In this document: positions 26,660 through 36,905 of the stretch, piece after piece
Layout: each line of letters begins with the position of its first letter
How positions within the stretch are numbered: position 1 is the first letter of the stretch
Virus record (IMG/VR): IMGVR_UViG_3300018080_000001
Span: 1-64,000 of that record
From: a virus
Strand: one strand, 5' to 3'
DNA length: 64,000 nucleotides
Notes under the pieces: model-generated
What the model was told of the DNA's origin: nothing
The model's database searches: none
Seen by the model: only the letters and a program-made list of their open reading frames with translations
Program-made: the position numbers and the translations under genes

Positions 26660-26740
26660 TAAACAACACTATAATACATATAAATTTGGAAATTTAAATT
26701 TTGTATAAAAATATCAATTAACAAAATTTTTATTAAAATA

Positions 26741-27346
26741 CTAGGTAATATCAAAATAAATAGGCTTTACATCAATTTTATATAAAACACCTTCAAAATA
26801 AATAGGTTTCCAAAAATATATAGGATCAACTTTCTCTGATTTCTTATATAAAATAGTTTTATTGTATATAGTCTTATTTAATATTTTAGATACTAATTTA
26901 ATAGGAGCATTTGTCATCATATAGTCTTTACCCAGCTCATTTATACACGCGCAGTACCTTTTATCTTTTACCTTTTTAAGTATATAATCAGGTCTACTGT
27001 ATGGAGCACCTTTTATATTAACTAAGTAGCATCTTTCAGATCTGCATATATAGTCCCTCCTAAATTCTTGAAATGAAACTCCAAAATATTTTTTTATCCA
27101 ATGGTAGACTGTTACGAAAGAAACCCCTATATAATCCGCCATATTATTTGCGGAATTAAATAAACGTGCATCCATTATAATATCTTTTATAGGTTTTTCG
27201 TGATCTACTTGAGTATTTAGCACATAACTAGAATGTTCTTTTCGGCATTCTCTGCAAAATACATAATTAAGGTCCTCTTCATCTTCAACAACTATAAAAA
27301 AGCAATTACTACAATAAGGCGTACGGCATTCAACAAAAGACCTCAT
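26741..27346 (-). CDS. Zinc finger plus HTH DNA-binding protein with three C-terminal PIYF motifs
   Basis: CSNC/CREC; MADYIGVSFVTVYHWIK. Confidence 0.65.
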   Translation of the reverse strand: MRSFVECRTPYCSNCFFIVVEDEEDLNYVFCRECRKEHSSYVLNTQVDHEKPIKDIIMDARLFNSANNMADYIGVSFVTVYHWIKKYFGVSFQEFRRDYICRSERCYLVNIKGAPYSRPDYILKKVKDKRYCACINELGKDYMMTNAPIKLVSKILNKTIYNKTILYKKSEKVDPIYFWKPIYFEGVLYKIDVKPIYFDIT

Positions 27347-27355
27347 TTTTTAACC

Positions 27356-28564
27356 TTAAATCCAATTTACATGTTCTACCATACTCTCATAAATTTTATC
27401 ACTGTCTTCAAGACCAATATCAAAAAAATCTACATAGGATTTAACCAAAGTCTTCTGCAACGCATCTTGGAATATATGGCCCTTTAGTTTATCTAGAGCT
27501 TCCTCTTCATTTTGTGCGCCTAATGAATTAAATGCTTTTTTCCTATCACCTTCCGTAGACTTTATCTGATCCTCTAGTGCACGGATAGCAGCATTATCTA
27601 ACCATTTTTGCGGGAATAAAGGCACTCTTACATTCTGTGCTATCTTATCCAAGATGTGATCTGCTGCCATTCTCTTTTTTAAATCTTCCATACCTTTCTT
27701 ATGCTTCGTAACAAAGTCTTCTCGCATTGCAGCTAAACTATCAAAATTAGCGTCTTTTGCTAGATCATCATTTAATTCTGGATAGTTTATAAACTTTACT
27801 CCGTGTATCTTTACTTGGGCGTCCACTGTTCTATCCGCGTCCACATAAGAAATCTCAAACAGATCTCCCTTTTTCTTCCCCACAATAGAAGAAACAAACT
27901 CTGCAATTTCATATTCCCGTAGATTTATCCATTGCATCCTAACAGATGCCGGAGTATAAGGATTTCCATCTACTGTAGCAGTTATATCAACCTGTACATG
28001 ATGATCATCTCTAATTTCAGTGTCTTCGTCGCAGTCTTTAGTAGTAGCGTGCGCTGATTTAATACTCTTACAATATTTCTCCCACTCCATTTCCAATATA
28101 TTTCCTTGCGTAGGATCTTTAAGTTCCCAATTTTTATCTATATCAGATATATCAACTTTTGGCACATTATAATAGATGACTACGAGTACAGGATTCTTAT
28201 CCGGTTCAAAATTATAAAGGTCAAAACCTTCTATAAACATAACGTTATCCATTTTATCTAAAAACCATTCAACAATCACATCACCATATAATTTCTTCAG
28301 ACCTATATTATTCTCAGCAATCTTCTTAGCACTAGACGCTTTACCTCCTTTAGACTTTTTACCCTTTATCTTAAACTTATGCGCAATAGCAAAACCATGC
28401 TCATCCCAAAAAGTATCAAACATCTCCCGAAATTCTTGGTACGATAAATTTTCGAATACAGCTCTAAATGGCTGCGCCATTGGATCTACAGTAAGTCTAT
28501 AATCTCCACCACGCATATCTTCGGATTGAGAATTCAGTTCTTGGTTCTCCGCTGTAGTTGACAT
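27356..28564 (-). CDS. tig: Trigger factor homolog
   Basis: 402 aa, three-domain layout; DHHVQVDITATVDG and IVGKKKGD (FKBP-like); YPELNDDLAKDANFDSLAAMREDF matches the TF PELDDEFAK...SLEELR pattern. Confidence 0.75.
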   Translation of the reverse strand: MSTTAENQELNSQSEDMRGGDYRLTVDPMAQPFRAVFENLSYQEFREMFDTFWDEHGFAIAHKFKIKGKKSKGGKASSAKKIAENNIGLKKLYGDVIVEWFLDKMDNVMFIEGFDLYNFEPDKNPVLVVIYYNVPKVDISDIDKNWELKDPTQGNILEMEWEKYCKSIKSAHATTKDCDEDTEIRDDHHVQVDITATVDGNPYTPASVRMQWINLREYEIAEFVSSIVGKKKGDLFEISYVDADRTVDAQVKIHGVKFINYPELNDDLAKDANFDSLAAMREDFVTKHKKGMEDLKKRMAADHILDKIAQNVRVPLFPQKWLDNAAIRALEDQIKSTEGDRKKAFNSLGAQNEEEALDKLKGHIFQDALQKTLVKSYVDFFDIGLEDSDKIYESMVEHVNWI

Positions 28565-28976
28565 CTCCTTTTATAACCTTTCTACTAGTCTCTTTCCTCA
28601 CTAGTTTGTCATCTTTTAAAATGCTAGCAATACGTCTTTTACTTTTTTTATCTATTATCCCCTGTGCTGCATCCAGAACAATAGCCGGAAGATTATCTAA
28701 ATCTGGTTCATGTTGTTTCTCTAAATAAAAAATGAAATTAACCTCTATAAAATAATCTATAGGCTTATATAAACCAATTTTCTTATATTGTCTATATAGT
28801 TCTATAGAAATTCTATTTCTTTCTTGATCCATTTTTTTAGTATGACCTATAAAACTTATATACTTATTGCCTCTCTTTTTCTTATATATATTTAAGTTAT
28901 TTTTCTGCACTATAGGTTTACCGTATATAATAAAATTTAAGTAATTATCAAAATAAATAGGCTCTACAGATCCCAT
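28497..28976 (-). CDS. rusA: RusA-family Holliday junction resolvase
   Basis: GKP..K, PDLDNL...LDA, LKDDKLV, PRTEFSI. Confidence 0.8.
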   Translation of the reverse strand: MGSVEPIYFDNYLNFIIYGKPIVQKNNLNIYKKKRGNKYISFIGHTKKMDQERNRISIELYRQYKKIGLYKPIDYFIEVNFIFYLEKQHEPDLDNLPAIVLDAAQGIIDKKSKRRIASILKDDKLVRKETSRKVIKGDVNYSGEPRTEFSIRRYAWWRL

Positions 28977-29488
28977 TGCTCCACTTTTCTTAAATAATCA
29001 TAGGTTTCTTTCACCCATCGTGCATCTTCCAAAGCATTGTGCTGGCCTGACTTTTGATCAGGAACTGAGATATTTTCCATATGGTATATTAGTTGCCTTA
29101 CATCCAACGTGTACATCGGCATTCCTTTTGGAAGATCTACCATGCGACCAAATAACCAACTCATAAGCACATGATCATAGTCACAGTAATAACCCCATAA
29201 CTCAACAGGATCGTCTTCAGAAGGATTTAAAAAAGAAAATATCTCATTTCTTATAGTATCTTCTTTCTTCCAAATATTGTTTGAACTTTTATCGGGCAAA
29301 ATAGGAATAACATTACCCTTTACCCAAGAATTTGCCTTTCTCAAATCAGCATCAGAATTACAAGCATAGAATTCTCTACCCTCTTCGCTTATGACACCAA
29401 TACTAATAAGCTGTAAAAATCCAGGTTTCTCCATGAATTCACAATCATAGAAAAACTTCCTTTTGTTTGAAAAATTTATGTTTTTCAT
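28964..29488 (-). CDS. DEDDh 3'-5' exonuclease (DUF5051 / Rv2179c-like)
   Basis: FYDCEF, LISIG, YCDYDHV, HNALEDARW. Confidence 0.85.
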   Translation of the reverse strand: MKNINFSNKRKFFYDCEFMEKPGFLQLISIGVISEEGREFYACNSDADLRKANSWVKGNVIPILPDKSSNNIWKKEDTIRNEIFSFLNPSEDDPVELWGYYCDYDHVLMSWLFGRMVDLPKGMPMYTLDVRQLIYHMENISVPDQKSGQHNALEDARWVKETYDYLRKVEQWDL

Positions 29489-29518
29489 TTTATTTCTCCT
29501 AATTTAAAAAAATAGATT

Positions 29519-29911
29519 TTACTGTACTTCTCTATATCTATCACCTTCTATCACTCTGTATATAGTTTCACGAGAAACACCATATAATGTAGCAAGTTTT
29601 CTCATATCTACATGAAAACACCCGCAACTTTCTTCAGCTTTCTTTGCAATAGCTCTTATAGCTTTAATATCGTCTTCCGTCAATTTAGATTTATAATGAT
29701 TTGTACCTCTAGAACTATTTGATATTCTTTTATCTTTTATATTTTTTTCTAAAAACTTATTTGTTATTTTTTTATGAGTGCGCCCACTCTTAATATAAGA
29801 TATAGCATTTAAACTTACACCATAGTATAAAGCTAAATCTTTTAACTTAGATCCTTTATTCAAAGACTTACAAATATTTATTACATCTTCATCAGTTAAT
29901 TTACGCGACAT
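29519..29911 (-). CDS. Tandem HTH protein resembling the DNA-binding domain of HNH homing endonucleases
   Basis: KLTDEDV...LALYYGVS; RGTNHYKSKLTEDDI. Confidence 0.7.
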   Translation of the reverse strand: MSRKLTDEDVINICKSLNKGSKLKDLALYYGVSLNAISYIKSGRTHKKITNKFLEKNIKDKRISNSSRGTNHYKSKLTEDDIKAIRAIAKKAEESCGCFHVDMRKLATLYGVSRETIYRVIEGDRYREVQ

Positions 29912-29932
29912 AGCTTTAACCTACTATTCCCA

Positions 29933-30313
29933 TTATAATAAGTCTTTATAAGATTTATTATGTTTTAAATTAGTTATAACAGAAGAAGAAACACCGTATT
30001 GCTCTGCTATACAAGATAAATTCACCAAATATAACCCACCATCTTCTATTTCTTTAATTTTATTACGTATATGTTTTACTTCCTCTTCCGATAATTTAGA
30101 ATTGTGGTGTCTTTCACCTCTAGTATTTTTTATCCTTTCCTTCAAATATTTTTCTCCAATATCTTTATACATCTTTTTTGTTGCTATAAGAGAGATGGTC
30201 GTCATAGTCACACCATAATACAAAGCTAAATCCTTTAATTTAGCTCCTTTATTTAAAGCTTTACAAATAGCTATCACATCTTCTTCCGACAATTTTTTAT
30301 TACATTTCGACAT
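29933..30313 (-). CDS. Paralog of 29519..29911
   Basis: KLSEEDV...LALYYGV; RGERHHNSKLSEEEV. Confidence 0.7.
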   Translation of the reverse strand: MSKCNKKLSEEDVIAICKALNKGAKLKDLALYYGVTMTTISLIATKKMYKDIGEKYLKERIKNTRGERHHNSKLSEEEVKHIRNKIKEIEDGGLYLVNLSCIAEQYGVSSSVITNLKHNKSYKDLL

Positions 30314-30315
30314 TT

Positions 30316-30576
30316 TTACTTACATGTCATGCTATTTATTATAGCGCACACAGCTTCATCACCTTTCATCCAAAGTTTATCCATTATATAGTCTCTCTCA
30401 ATAGGACCTCTACTAAACAAATCCCTTACATAACAATTAGAATACTTTCCACTCAACAATATAATGTCATTGTCCCGTACTTCATACTTTACCTTGTCGG
30501 GTTTATAATGTATGCGCTGCGCTTCTTCAGATGCTTTCTCTTTCTTAAGCATCATCTTTTGTTGTTTATTTGGCAC
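30316..30576 (-). CDS. Hypothetical protein
   Basis: 86-aa ORF. Confidence 0.55.
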   Translation of the reverse strand: MPNKQQKMMLKKEKASEEAQRIHYKPDKVKYEVRDNDIILLSGKYSNCYVRDLFSRGPIERDYIMDKLWMKGDEAVCAIINSMTCK

Positions 30577-30967
30577 TGTTTACCTTTATTAGGTCTTCAT
30601 GACTGGGGATAGCTATACCCGCATCCTGTGCATTACAGTACTCTAGCATCTTCTTATATTTATCTAAAATGGGATTTTCTTCCTCTAAAATACAAAACAT
30701 ACTAGACTTAACCATTAATTCATCTAAAATGGATACAGACATAAGAATCTTCCTAAACATAAGATCCATTGAACTTATCTCTCCCGTACGTGGATCTTGA
30801 TTAATTGATTCTCCCAATAACAAAGGTTTTTCCAAAATAAAATCAAAACCCTTTTTAGATAAAACTTTTCCAACTAATAGCTTACCTTCAACAGAAACTA
30901 AAAGAAATTGTCCGGGATATGCATTTCTTTCTAACTCCACCTCAAGGCATTCTCGCGATTTATTCAT
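30566..30967 (-). CDS. Hypothetical protein, possible Sm-like fold
   Basis: LVSVEGKLLVGKV...FILEKPL pattern. Confidence 0.5.
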   Translation of the reverse strand: MNKSRECLEVELERNAYPGQFLLVSVEGKLLVGKVLSKKGFDFILEKPLLLGESINQDPRTGEISSMDLMFRKILMSVSILDELMVKSSMFCILEEENPILDKYKKMLEYCNAQDAGIAIPSHEDLIKVNSAK

Positions 30968-30968
30968 T

Positions 30969-33026
30969 TTATACCTCCAAAGTTGTATTTCCTTCTCTTT
31001 TTCTTGCTATCCATGTTTCATCAAAATTTATGAGATTACTAGCTTTGCCCGAATTATCGGTTATTATTATAGTACCTTGGCAACTCATGTTATTAAAATT
31101 ACCTGCTAATTTTTGACTATTTTCCTCATCCATATAAGAAAATATTTCATCCAATATTTGTATATTACAACCGCACCCATATTCTCCAGCTATATCATGT
31201 ATAGCTCTATTAATAGCATTAGAAAACCTACCCACTTCTCCCTCAGAGCACAATTTAGGGTCTATGACTTTACCCCCATCTATAATAGATACAGCAATAT
31301 CACTTTTCAAAATATCAGATAAAAAGGCTTTATCCTTCTTGTTCTTTTTCTCTTCGAATGCCTTTATATCTATTAACGCCGTATCACCCGCGCTATTTAA
31401 ATAACCATTTACATAATTTACCAGATTAATAATAGAAGCCGATAGCTTATGTAATTTAATAAAGGGAATATTACCTATAACCCATTCATATATATAGATA
31501 TCATCACTTATTTTATTTTTGTCTTCATTTAATAAACTTAATTCCTTTTTCCTTTTATTCAGGTCTTCTTTTAAATTTTCCAATTTTGATATATTGGATT
31601 TAGCTGCTTCAATAGCATTATTACTCAAATCTATTTGACCTTTATAATCTCTAAAACTATCCTCCAATACTTTAATGTCTTTACTTAGTTCATCAATTTT
31701 ACTTCTATTTTTATGTATGAGTTTAGAAGTTTTCTCATGCTGCTTAGTAAAAGTCTCTATCTCACCATTAATCAAATTTATCTTTTTATCATTATCTTTC
31801 ACAACTTTCTTAGATAAATTATCTAGTCTAAGTTTTTCTTCTTTTAGAGACTCATTTTTTTTATTATATTTTTCTGTTATATCCTTTAGATCTTTTTTCA
31901 AATTTATAATACGCGAATGAAGCTCTTCTTTCTTTTCCTTTGTTATTTCGGACTCGCACATCGGGCATATGTCCAAATCCTTTACTTTTCCAATTCCGCT
32001 ATTAAAGGCTTCTAACTTACCTTTTATAATATTACATTCAGAGGATAAAGATTCTAACTTTTTATTTATAGCATTCAATTTTTTATCATCCACGTTTATC
32101 CTACAATTATAAACAGCGGATAGCTCTAATTTCAACCTATTTATTTCCTTATTCACATTTATAAATTCTGAGGAATTAGAAAGAGTCTGAAGATCCTTTT
32201 CTAAAATTTCTACCTCTTTACAAAGAAGATCCCTGTTATTAATTTCCTTATCCAAATCTTTGCTCAAACTCGCTATTCTCGACTCATGCTTTACAATAGA
32301 TTCATGCCAATTGACAGAATCTAACTCTTTAAAATTATTTAAAATAACATTCAATTCGCCTTCCTTAAAGGAAATTGATTTATCTTTACTCTCTATATCC
32401 GATTTTAAATAATTCCTTTTCTTCCTAAAAATATCTAATACTTTATCCCACTTATCGACTCCAGTTATACCCGATAAAATATCGATCTTATCTTTATTTG
32501 TACCGCGCAAAAATTTATTAGAAACTCTTGGAGACATATAAGATAAAGCTAGAAATCTTTCATATGTAATACCTAATATATCAATTACTTTAGTTCTAGT
32601 ATCCTTTATACTGGATTCTCTCTCATCTATCCAGCCTCCATCATATCTATCTAAAAATAAAGCAGGCCCTTTACTCTTATAAGAAATATTATTATTGTTA
32701 TCCACTGGATAATATTCCTCATTCCAACCGCGAACATAAGTAATACGGTAATGAATATTAGATATTATAAATTCTACACGAGCGCAACATCCATTACCCC
32801 AAACTACGTTTAAAGCACCGGAACCATTCGCACCCGAAGGATTCTCTCCGAATAAAACTTCACAAAGAGCGTTAAATAAAGAAGATTTTCCCGCAGCATT
32901 GGAACAACCATCTTTATCTTCGTTTATCCCAACTAAATGAACAATTTTATTATCGGGGAATACTATATTATTTGTTCTAGAATAAGAAAATAAACCAGTA
33001 GGGTTTATGTACTTTATATAAAGCAC
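30969..33026 (-). CDS. sbcC: SbcC/Rad50 (gp46-like) ATPase
   Basis: Walker A NAAGKSS, CPMC zinc hook in coiled coil, CSEGE signature, ILDE Walker B. Confidence 0.92.
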   Translation of the reverse strand: MLYIKYINPTGLFSYSRTNNIVFPDNKIVHLVGINEDKDGCSNAAGKSSLFNALCEVLFGENPSGANGSGALNVVWGNGCCARVEFIISNIHYRITYVRGWNEEYYPVDNNNNISYKSKGPALFLDRYDGGWIDERESSIKDTRTKVIDILGITYERFLALSYMSPRVSNKFLRGTNKDKIDILSGITGVDKWDKVLDIFRKKRNYLKSDIESKDKSISFKEGELNVILNNFKELDSVNWHESIVKHESRIASLSKDLDKEINNRDLLCKEVEILEKDLQTLSNSSEFINVNKEINRLKLELSAVYNCRINVDDKKLNAINKKLESLSSECNIIKGKLEAFNSGIGKVKDLDICPMCESEITKEKKEELHSRIINLKKDLKDITEKYNKKNESLKEEKLRLDNLSKKVVKDNDKKINLINGEIETFTKQHEKTSKLIHKNRSKIDELSKDIKVLEDSFRDYKGQIDLSNNAIEAAKSNISKLENLKEDLNKRKKELSLLNEDKNKISDDIYIYEWVIGNIPFIKLHKLSASIINLVNYVNGYLNSAGDTALIDIKAFEEKKNKKDKAFLSDILKSDIAVSIIDGGKVIDPKLCSEGEVGRFSNAINRAIHDIAGEYGCGCNIQILDEIFSYMDEENSQKLAGNFNNMSCQGTIIITDNSGKASNLINFDETWIARKREGNTTLEV

Positions 33027-33211
33027 TAAAAACCCTCTCTATCTAAATAATTCCATCTATGATTATTATCTTTCCTGTCATTCTTTACTAAATTTCCTCC
33101 ACAGATACACTTCCTATCCAATGTTTCAGGCTTTACTTCGGTATCACTAGTAAAAAGTTCTTCATCCTTTGTGCCGCATTTATCGCAGACATAACCTACC
33201 ATTCTAGCCAT
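33026..33211 (-). CDS. FmdB-like zinc-ribbon protein
   Basis: YVCDKCG...CICGG. Confidence 0.6.
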   Translation of the reverse strand: MARMVGYVCDKCGTKDEELFTSDTEVKPETLDRKCICGGNLVKNDRKDNNHRWNYLDREGF

Positions 33212-34319
33212 TTTCTAACTCCTTTACTACCCCCACTACTTTTTCTTTTACTTTACCCTTCATTTCCTCTGTGATATTAGAAAAACCGCTTTCCAAATAC
33301 AAATGAAGGTCTTCAATAAAATTAGAAGATTCACCTATATTAATAACAACAGCATCTTGTTCAACTTTATATTTTTTAGCTATATTTATTTTGCGTGCAT
33401 TATAAAAAGTTTCATAATTCAACCATCTTTTATCCGCTGCAATTCTATCTACATCACTTTTAGACCCCACTAAAGCAATCTCCACATACTGATCAGTTAT
33501 TAAGGATTCGTCCAAATGTAAACCTTCAAATCTTGAAGTTGCGTCTACTTCAAATTCTATCTTAGAAAAAAAGTTACGAGTTGGTACAAATTTTTTATCT
33601 ATGTGCCATTGTCCATTTACTAAAGTAGCCTCTATATCCAACCAACCACGGGCATCATTAGCATCTGCCATAGTACGTTGAATAACAGATCCTACATAGC
33701 CGCCTTGAGTATTTTTAAAAGATATCATTTGCGGAATGTGAATATCACCACCAAAAACCATATTAAATTCAGGAATATCAATAGAACTTCTCTCCATTCC
33801 GAAATCTGCTGTATAAGAACCACCATCAAGATAAGACCCATACAAAATATCGTGGAATATAAATATCTCAAACTTACCTGTATTCCACCCATACCCTTCT
33901 GGGTCAAAATAACAACCCGCTGGCAAAGCTTGTATAATCATATATTCTGAGGGATAAGATCCTGGCTTATCCATAATAATAATATTAGGAATTCCTAATA
34001 AAGATTCTGAAGTATGCCAGCTTTTATTATTCTTTGTCCAATCATGATTACCAATCAATCTATAATTAGGGCAATTCTCAAGTAGTCCCTCACCCCATGC
34101 ACGTAGTAGTACTCTGTCCGCCCTTGTTTTTATTTCATCTTCTGGATCTCTTTTCAAAAATCTATCACCACAAAAAATAGTAAAATCCATATTATTTTCT
34201 ACAGCATGGGATAAAACTCTAGACTCCGCACTCTCGCAATCTTCTGTAGTAATACAACCAGCACCCAATCTGTCATAGTGTATATCAGAATACACAAGAA
34301 ATTTTATGCGGTCTTTCAT
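33204..34319 (-). CDS. sbcD: SbcD/Mre11 (gp47-like) nuclease
   Basis: SDIH, GD, GNHD, GDIH phosphoesterase motifs. Confidence 0.9.
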   Translation of the reverse strand: MKDRIKFLVYSDIHYDRLGAGCITTEDCESAESRVLSHAVENNMDFTIFCGDRFLKRDPEDEIKTRADRVLLRAWGEGLLENCPNYRLIGNHDWTKNNKSWHTSESLLGIPNIIIMDKPGSYPSEYMIIQALPAGCYFDPEGYGWNTGKFEIFIFHDILYGSYLDGGSYTADFGMERSSIDIPEFNMVFGGDIHIPQMISFKNTQGGYVGSVIQRTMADANDARGWLDIEATLVNGQWHIDKKFVPTRNFFSKIEFEVDATSRFEGLHLDESLITDQYVEIALVGSKSDVDRIAADKRWLNYETFYNARKINIAKKYKVEQDAVVINIGESSNFIEDLHLYLESGFSNITEEMKGKVKEKVVGVVKELENG

Positions 34320-34577
34320 GCTTCAATATCCGTATTCACAGATTCAGAATTTATTACGGAAATAAACGTAACAATAAAAGAAAATCTATCGTTTATAAAT
34401 TTTTTCAAACCTTTTATCATAGTAAGCTCTGATACACCCTCAATAGCAAGGGGAGAAGTTTTCAAATACCGTATAACTATATATTCTGCTAAAATATTTA
34501 AATCTTCGGCCAAAAATTTATCATCTATTTTACCTGTAAAACTATCTATAATAATGGCTAATAATTTTTGCTCCAGT

Positions 34578-35573
34578 TTAAGATCCATAAGCGTCAATAA
34601 CCTCTTTTTCCAAGGCTGACAAGCATTCTTCATTAGAATTAAAATAAGCCCACGTATTATTCATCCCCTGTCCTATCTTTTCATCCCTCCAAGAAAACCA
34701 AGATCCTGATTTCTTTACTATGTCCTTACCCAAAGCTAATTTTATTAAGTCTAAAGATCTGGGAACACCTAAACCAAATCTAAGCTCTGTTTTCCTCTTT
34801 CTGAATGGGGGAAATATTTTATTCTTAGTAACATGGTACTCTACTTCATTACCAACAATTTGATCTTCCCCGTCAATCTTCGCCTTTATCTTCAGTACTC
34901 TCTTAACCTCCACCCGCTGTGTAGCGTAGAATTTTAGAGCCTTTCCCCCTGTCGTAGTCTTAGCCCCCATTATTTGATTTCTTTCCTGATTCACAAATAT
35001 AAGTATCACACCGCTCTTGCTTATAGCTCCAGCCAACTTACGCATAGCCTTACTCATCATACGAGCATGCTCTGCTACTTTCTGGTCAGATATTTCTCCA
35101 TCCAGTTCCGATTGCGGTATTAGAGCAGCTACACTATCAACTACAATTATATCACCGGCATTCATTACAGAAGACAGGTCTATAACGGTGTCTAAACCAT
35201 TTTCCCCGCTATCAGGTTGCTGAATTAAAAGATTATCAATATCTACACCAATATTTTTAGCATATACAACGTCCAAAGCATGTTCTGCATCCACAAATGC
35301 CGCAATACCACCATTTTGTTGAGCCGCGATTATGGCGTGAAGGGTTGTAGTTGTCTTACCACCCCCTTCAGCACCATAAATCTCAATTATCCTCCCATGA
35401 GGATAACCTTTTCCAATTACCCCTGTAAGGACTAAGTCCAAAGACGATATTCCACTTGATATCGTTGGTACTTCATGCACAGAAGTACCAGACATCAACA
35501 TTATATTATCAACACCCTTCTTCTGAAGCTCTTTTAATACTTCAGTAGCCCTTATTTTTCTTTCTTCTGACAA
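34578..35573 (-). CDS. recA: RecA recombinase
   Basis: GRIIEIYGAEGGGKTT, DAEHALD, VVDSVAAL, GGKALKFYA. Confidence 0.97.
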   Translation of the reverse strand: MSEERKIRATEVLKELQKKGVDNIMLMSGTSVHEVPTISSGISSLDLVLTGVIGKGYPHGRIIEIYGAEGGGKTTTTLHAIIAAQQNGGIAAFVDAEHALDVVYAKNIGVDIDNLLIQQPDSGENGLDTVIDLSSVMNAGDIIVVDSVAALIPQSELDGEISDQKVAEHARMMSKAMRKLAGAISKSGVILIFVNQERNQIMGAKTTTGGKALKFYATQRVEVKRVLKIKAKIDGEDQIVGNEVEYHVTKNKIFPPFRKRKTELRFGLGVPRSLDLIKLALGKDIVKKSGSWFSWRDEKIGQGMNNTWAYFNSNEECLSALEKEVIDAYGS

Positions 35574-35586
35574 TGTAGACTCCTAA

Positions 35587-36903
35587 TTAATCCCAAGATC
35601 GTCTTCCTTGTACCGGAGAATTATCAGGAGGATTTCTATCTGGTGTAGGGGGTACGGACGCTGCTTCTGTCTGCGGTTGCGGCGGCACAGGCTTTGGTAC
35701 GTCTCCACCAATAGGAGCAGGCATAGGTGCATTCTGCGTAGTCTGAGGAACAAAATTCGTGGGTGGAGCAGGAACAGGGGCAGAAGCTGCCGGATTAGTG
35801 GGTACAGAACCCTGTACAGGATCAGGCGCTGGAGAACTATTTGAAGCAGAAGATTGAGCAGGCGGCATATTCATTGAAGGAGCCGGTTGACTAGACGGTT
35901 GAGTTGTAGACTGCGGAGTGTTAGAATGTGTGGTCTTTTCTTCACTAACGCCTAAATAATATTGCATCTCAGACTTACTGGCCAACTGGATAAACTTAGA
36001 CGGATCTGACATAGCTTCTACATTGCTAATATAATCCAGCCATTGCTTATCAATACTAACCTTATTCCCGGATACTACAGTATACGCAGTTTTAATCATA
36101 TCATTACCAACACACTTTGTAGTATCTTTCTTAATCGTGACAATCATTACTTCCGGGTTTTCTGTATCATAGAACTCAACCCCATTCTCATGTATTGCAT
36201 ATAAACCATCAAAAACAGACTTAGGCGCAATCCAAAACTGATGTTGAACAAATTCCTGACCATCATCCATTTTTCTATTTCCGATCATCTTATCATAATC
36301 AAAAATAGGTATAATATAACGTTCAGTAGCTTTATAATCACGTGCAGTTTTTCTCGTGGTCTTTAGCAACTTATCACCGTCTACAAGAGCCCGATAAGAT
36401 TCCGTGTCCAAAGACTTTTTCCTATCTTCATCATATCCCAACTCTTCAAGTCGAGAATTAAATACGTCCCAAAGCTCTTGTTCCCTATTACAAAATTCGC
36501 AATGATCCGTTTCAAACAATTTATCATATTCAAGAACACCTCTAAGATAATAATTCATCTTATTGGGACAAAATACGTACGAAAATCCGATTGTTCCATC
36601 AGCACGCTGAAAATTAGGAACTCTGTGTACAATAACCTTAAAATAAAAAGTGTATAAATCCTCGGGTATCGCTATGAGACCACCATTATTATCCACTAAA
36701 CCGTAACGCTGTACCATTTCCTGATCAGGATTAAATAACTTCCAATTTGCAGGACGCAACAAGGGTATAATAACTTTGTTACTATGTACTGCACCAGCTT
36801 TATCCGGCAAAGGTCTCCAAATCTCGGGAACAGCATCAAAAGAAGATCCGCCCCCCTTTTCTTTACTCTTCTCTTTCTTTATTGGCATATTAAACTTTGA
36901 CAT
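35587..36903 (-). CDS. gp32-like single-stranded DNA-binding protein with Pro-rich tail
   Basis: Position before recA; H...CP...CEFC Zn-type motif, ERYIIPIFD; low-complexity C-terminus. Confidence 0.6.
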   Translation of the reverse strand: MSKFNMPIKKEKSKEKGGGSSFDAVPEIWRPLPDKAGAVHSNKVIIPLLRPANWKLFNPDQEMVQRYGLVDNNGGLIAIPEDLYTFYFKVIVHRVPNFQRADGTIGFSYVFCPNKMNYYLRGVLEYDKLFETDHCEFCNREQELWDVFNSRLEELGYDEDRKKSLDTESYRALVDGDKLLKTTRKTARDYKATERYIIPIFDYDKMIGNRKMDDGQEFVQHQFWIAPKSVFDGLYAIHENGVEFYDTENPEVMIVTIKKDTTKCVGNDMIKTAYTVVSGNKVSIDKQWLDYISNVEAMSDPSKFIQLASKSEMQYYLGVSEEKTTHSNTPQSTTQPSSQPAPSMNMPPAQSSASNSSPAPDPVQGSVPTNPAASAPVPAPPTNFVPQTTQNAPMPAPIGGDVPKPVPPQPQTEAASVPPTPDRNPPDNSPVQGRRSWD

Positions 36904-36905
36904 TT

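Noticed and set aside
34316-34633. 105-aa ORF overlapping recA, and 37902..38339 overlapping the metallopeptidase
   Set aside because: Partly plausible gap fillers, but start/stop uncertain because of long overlaps and no recognisable motif; not annotated
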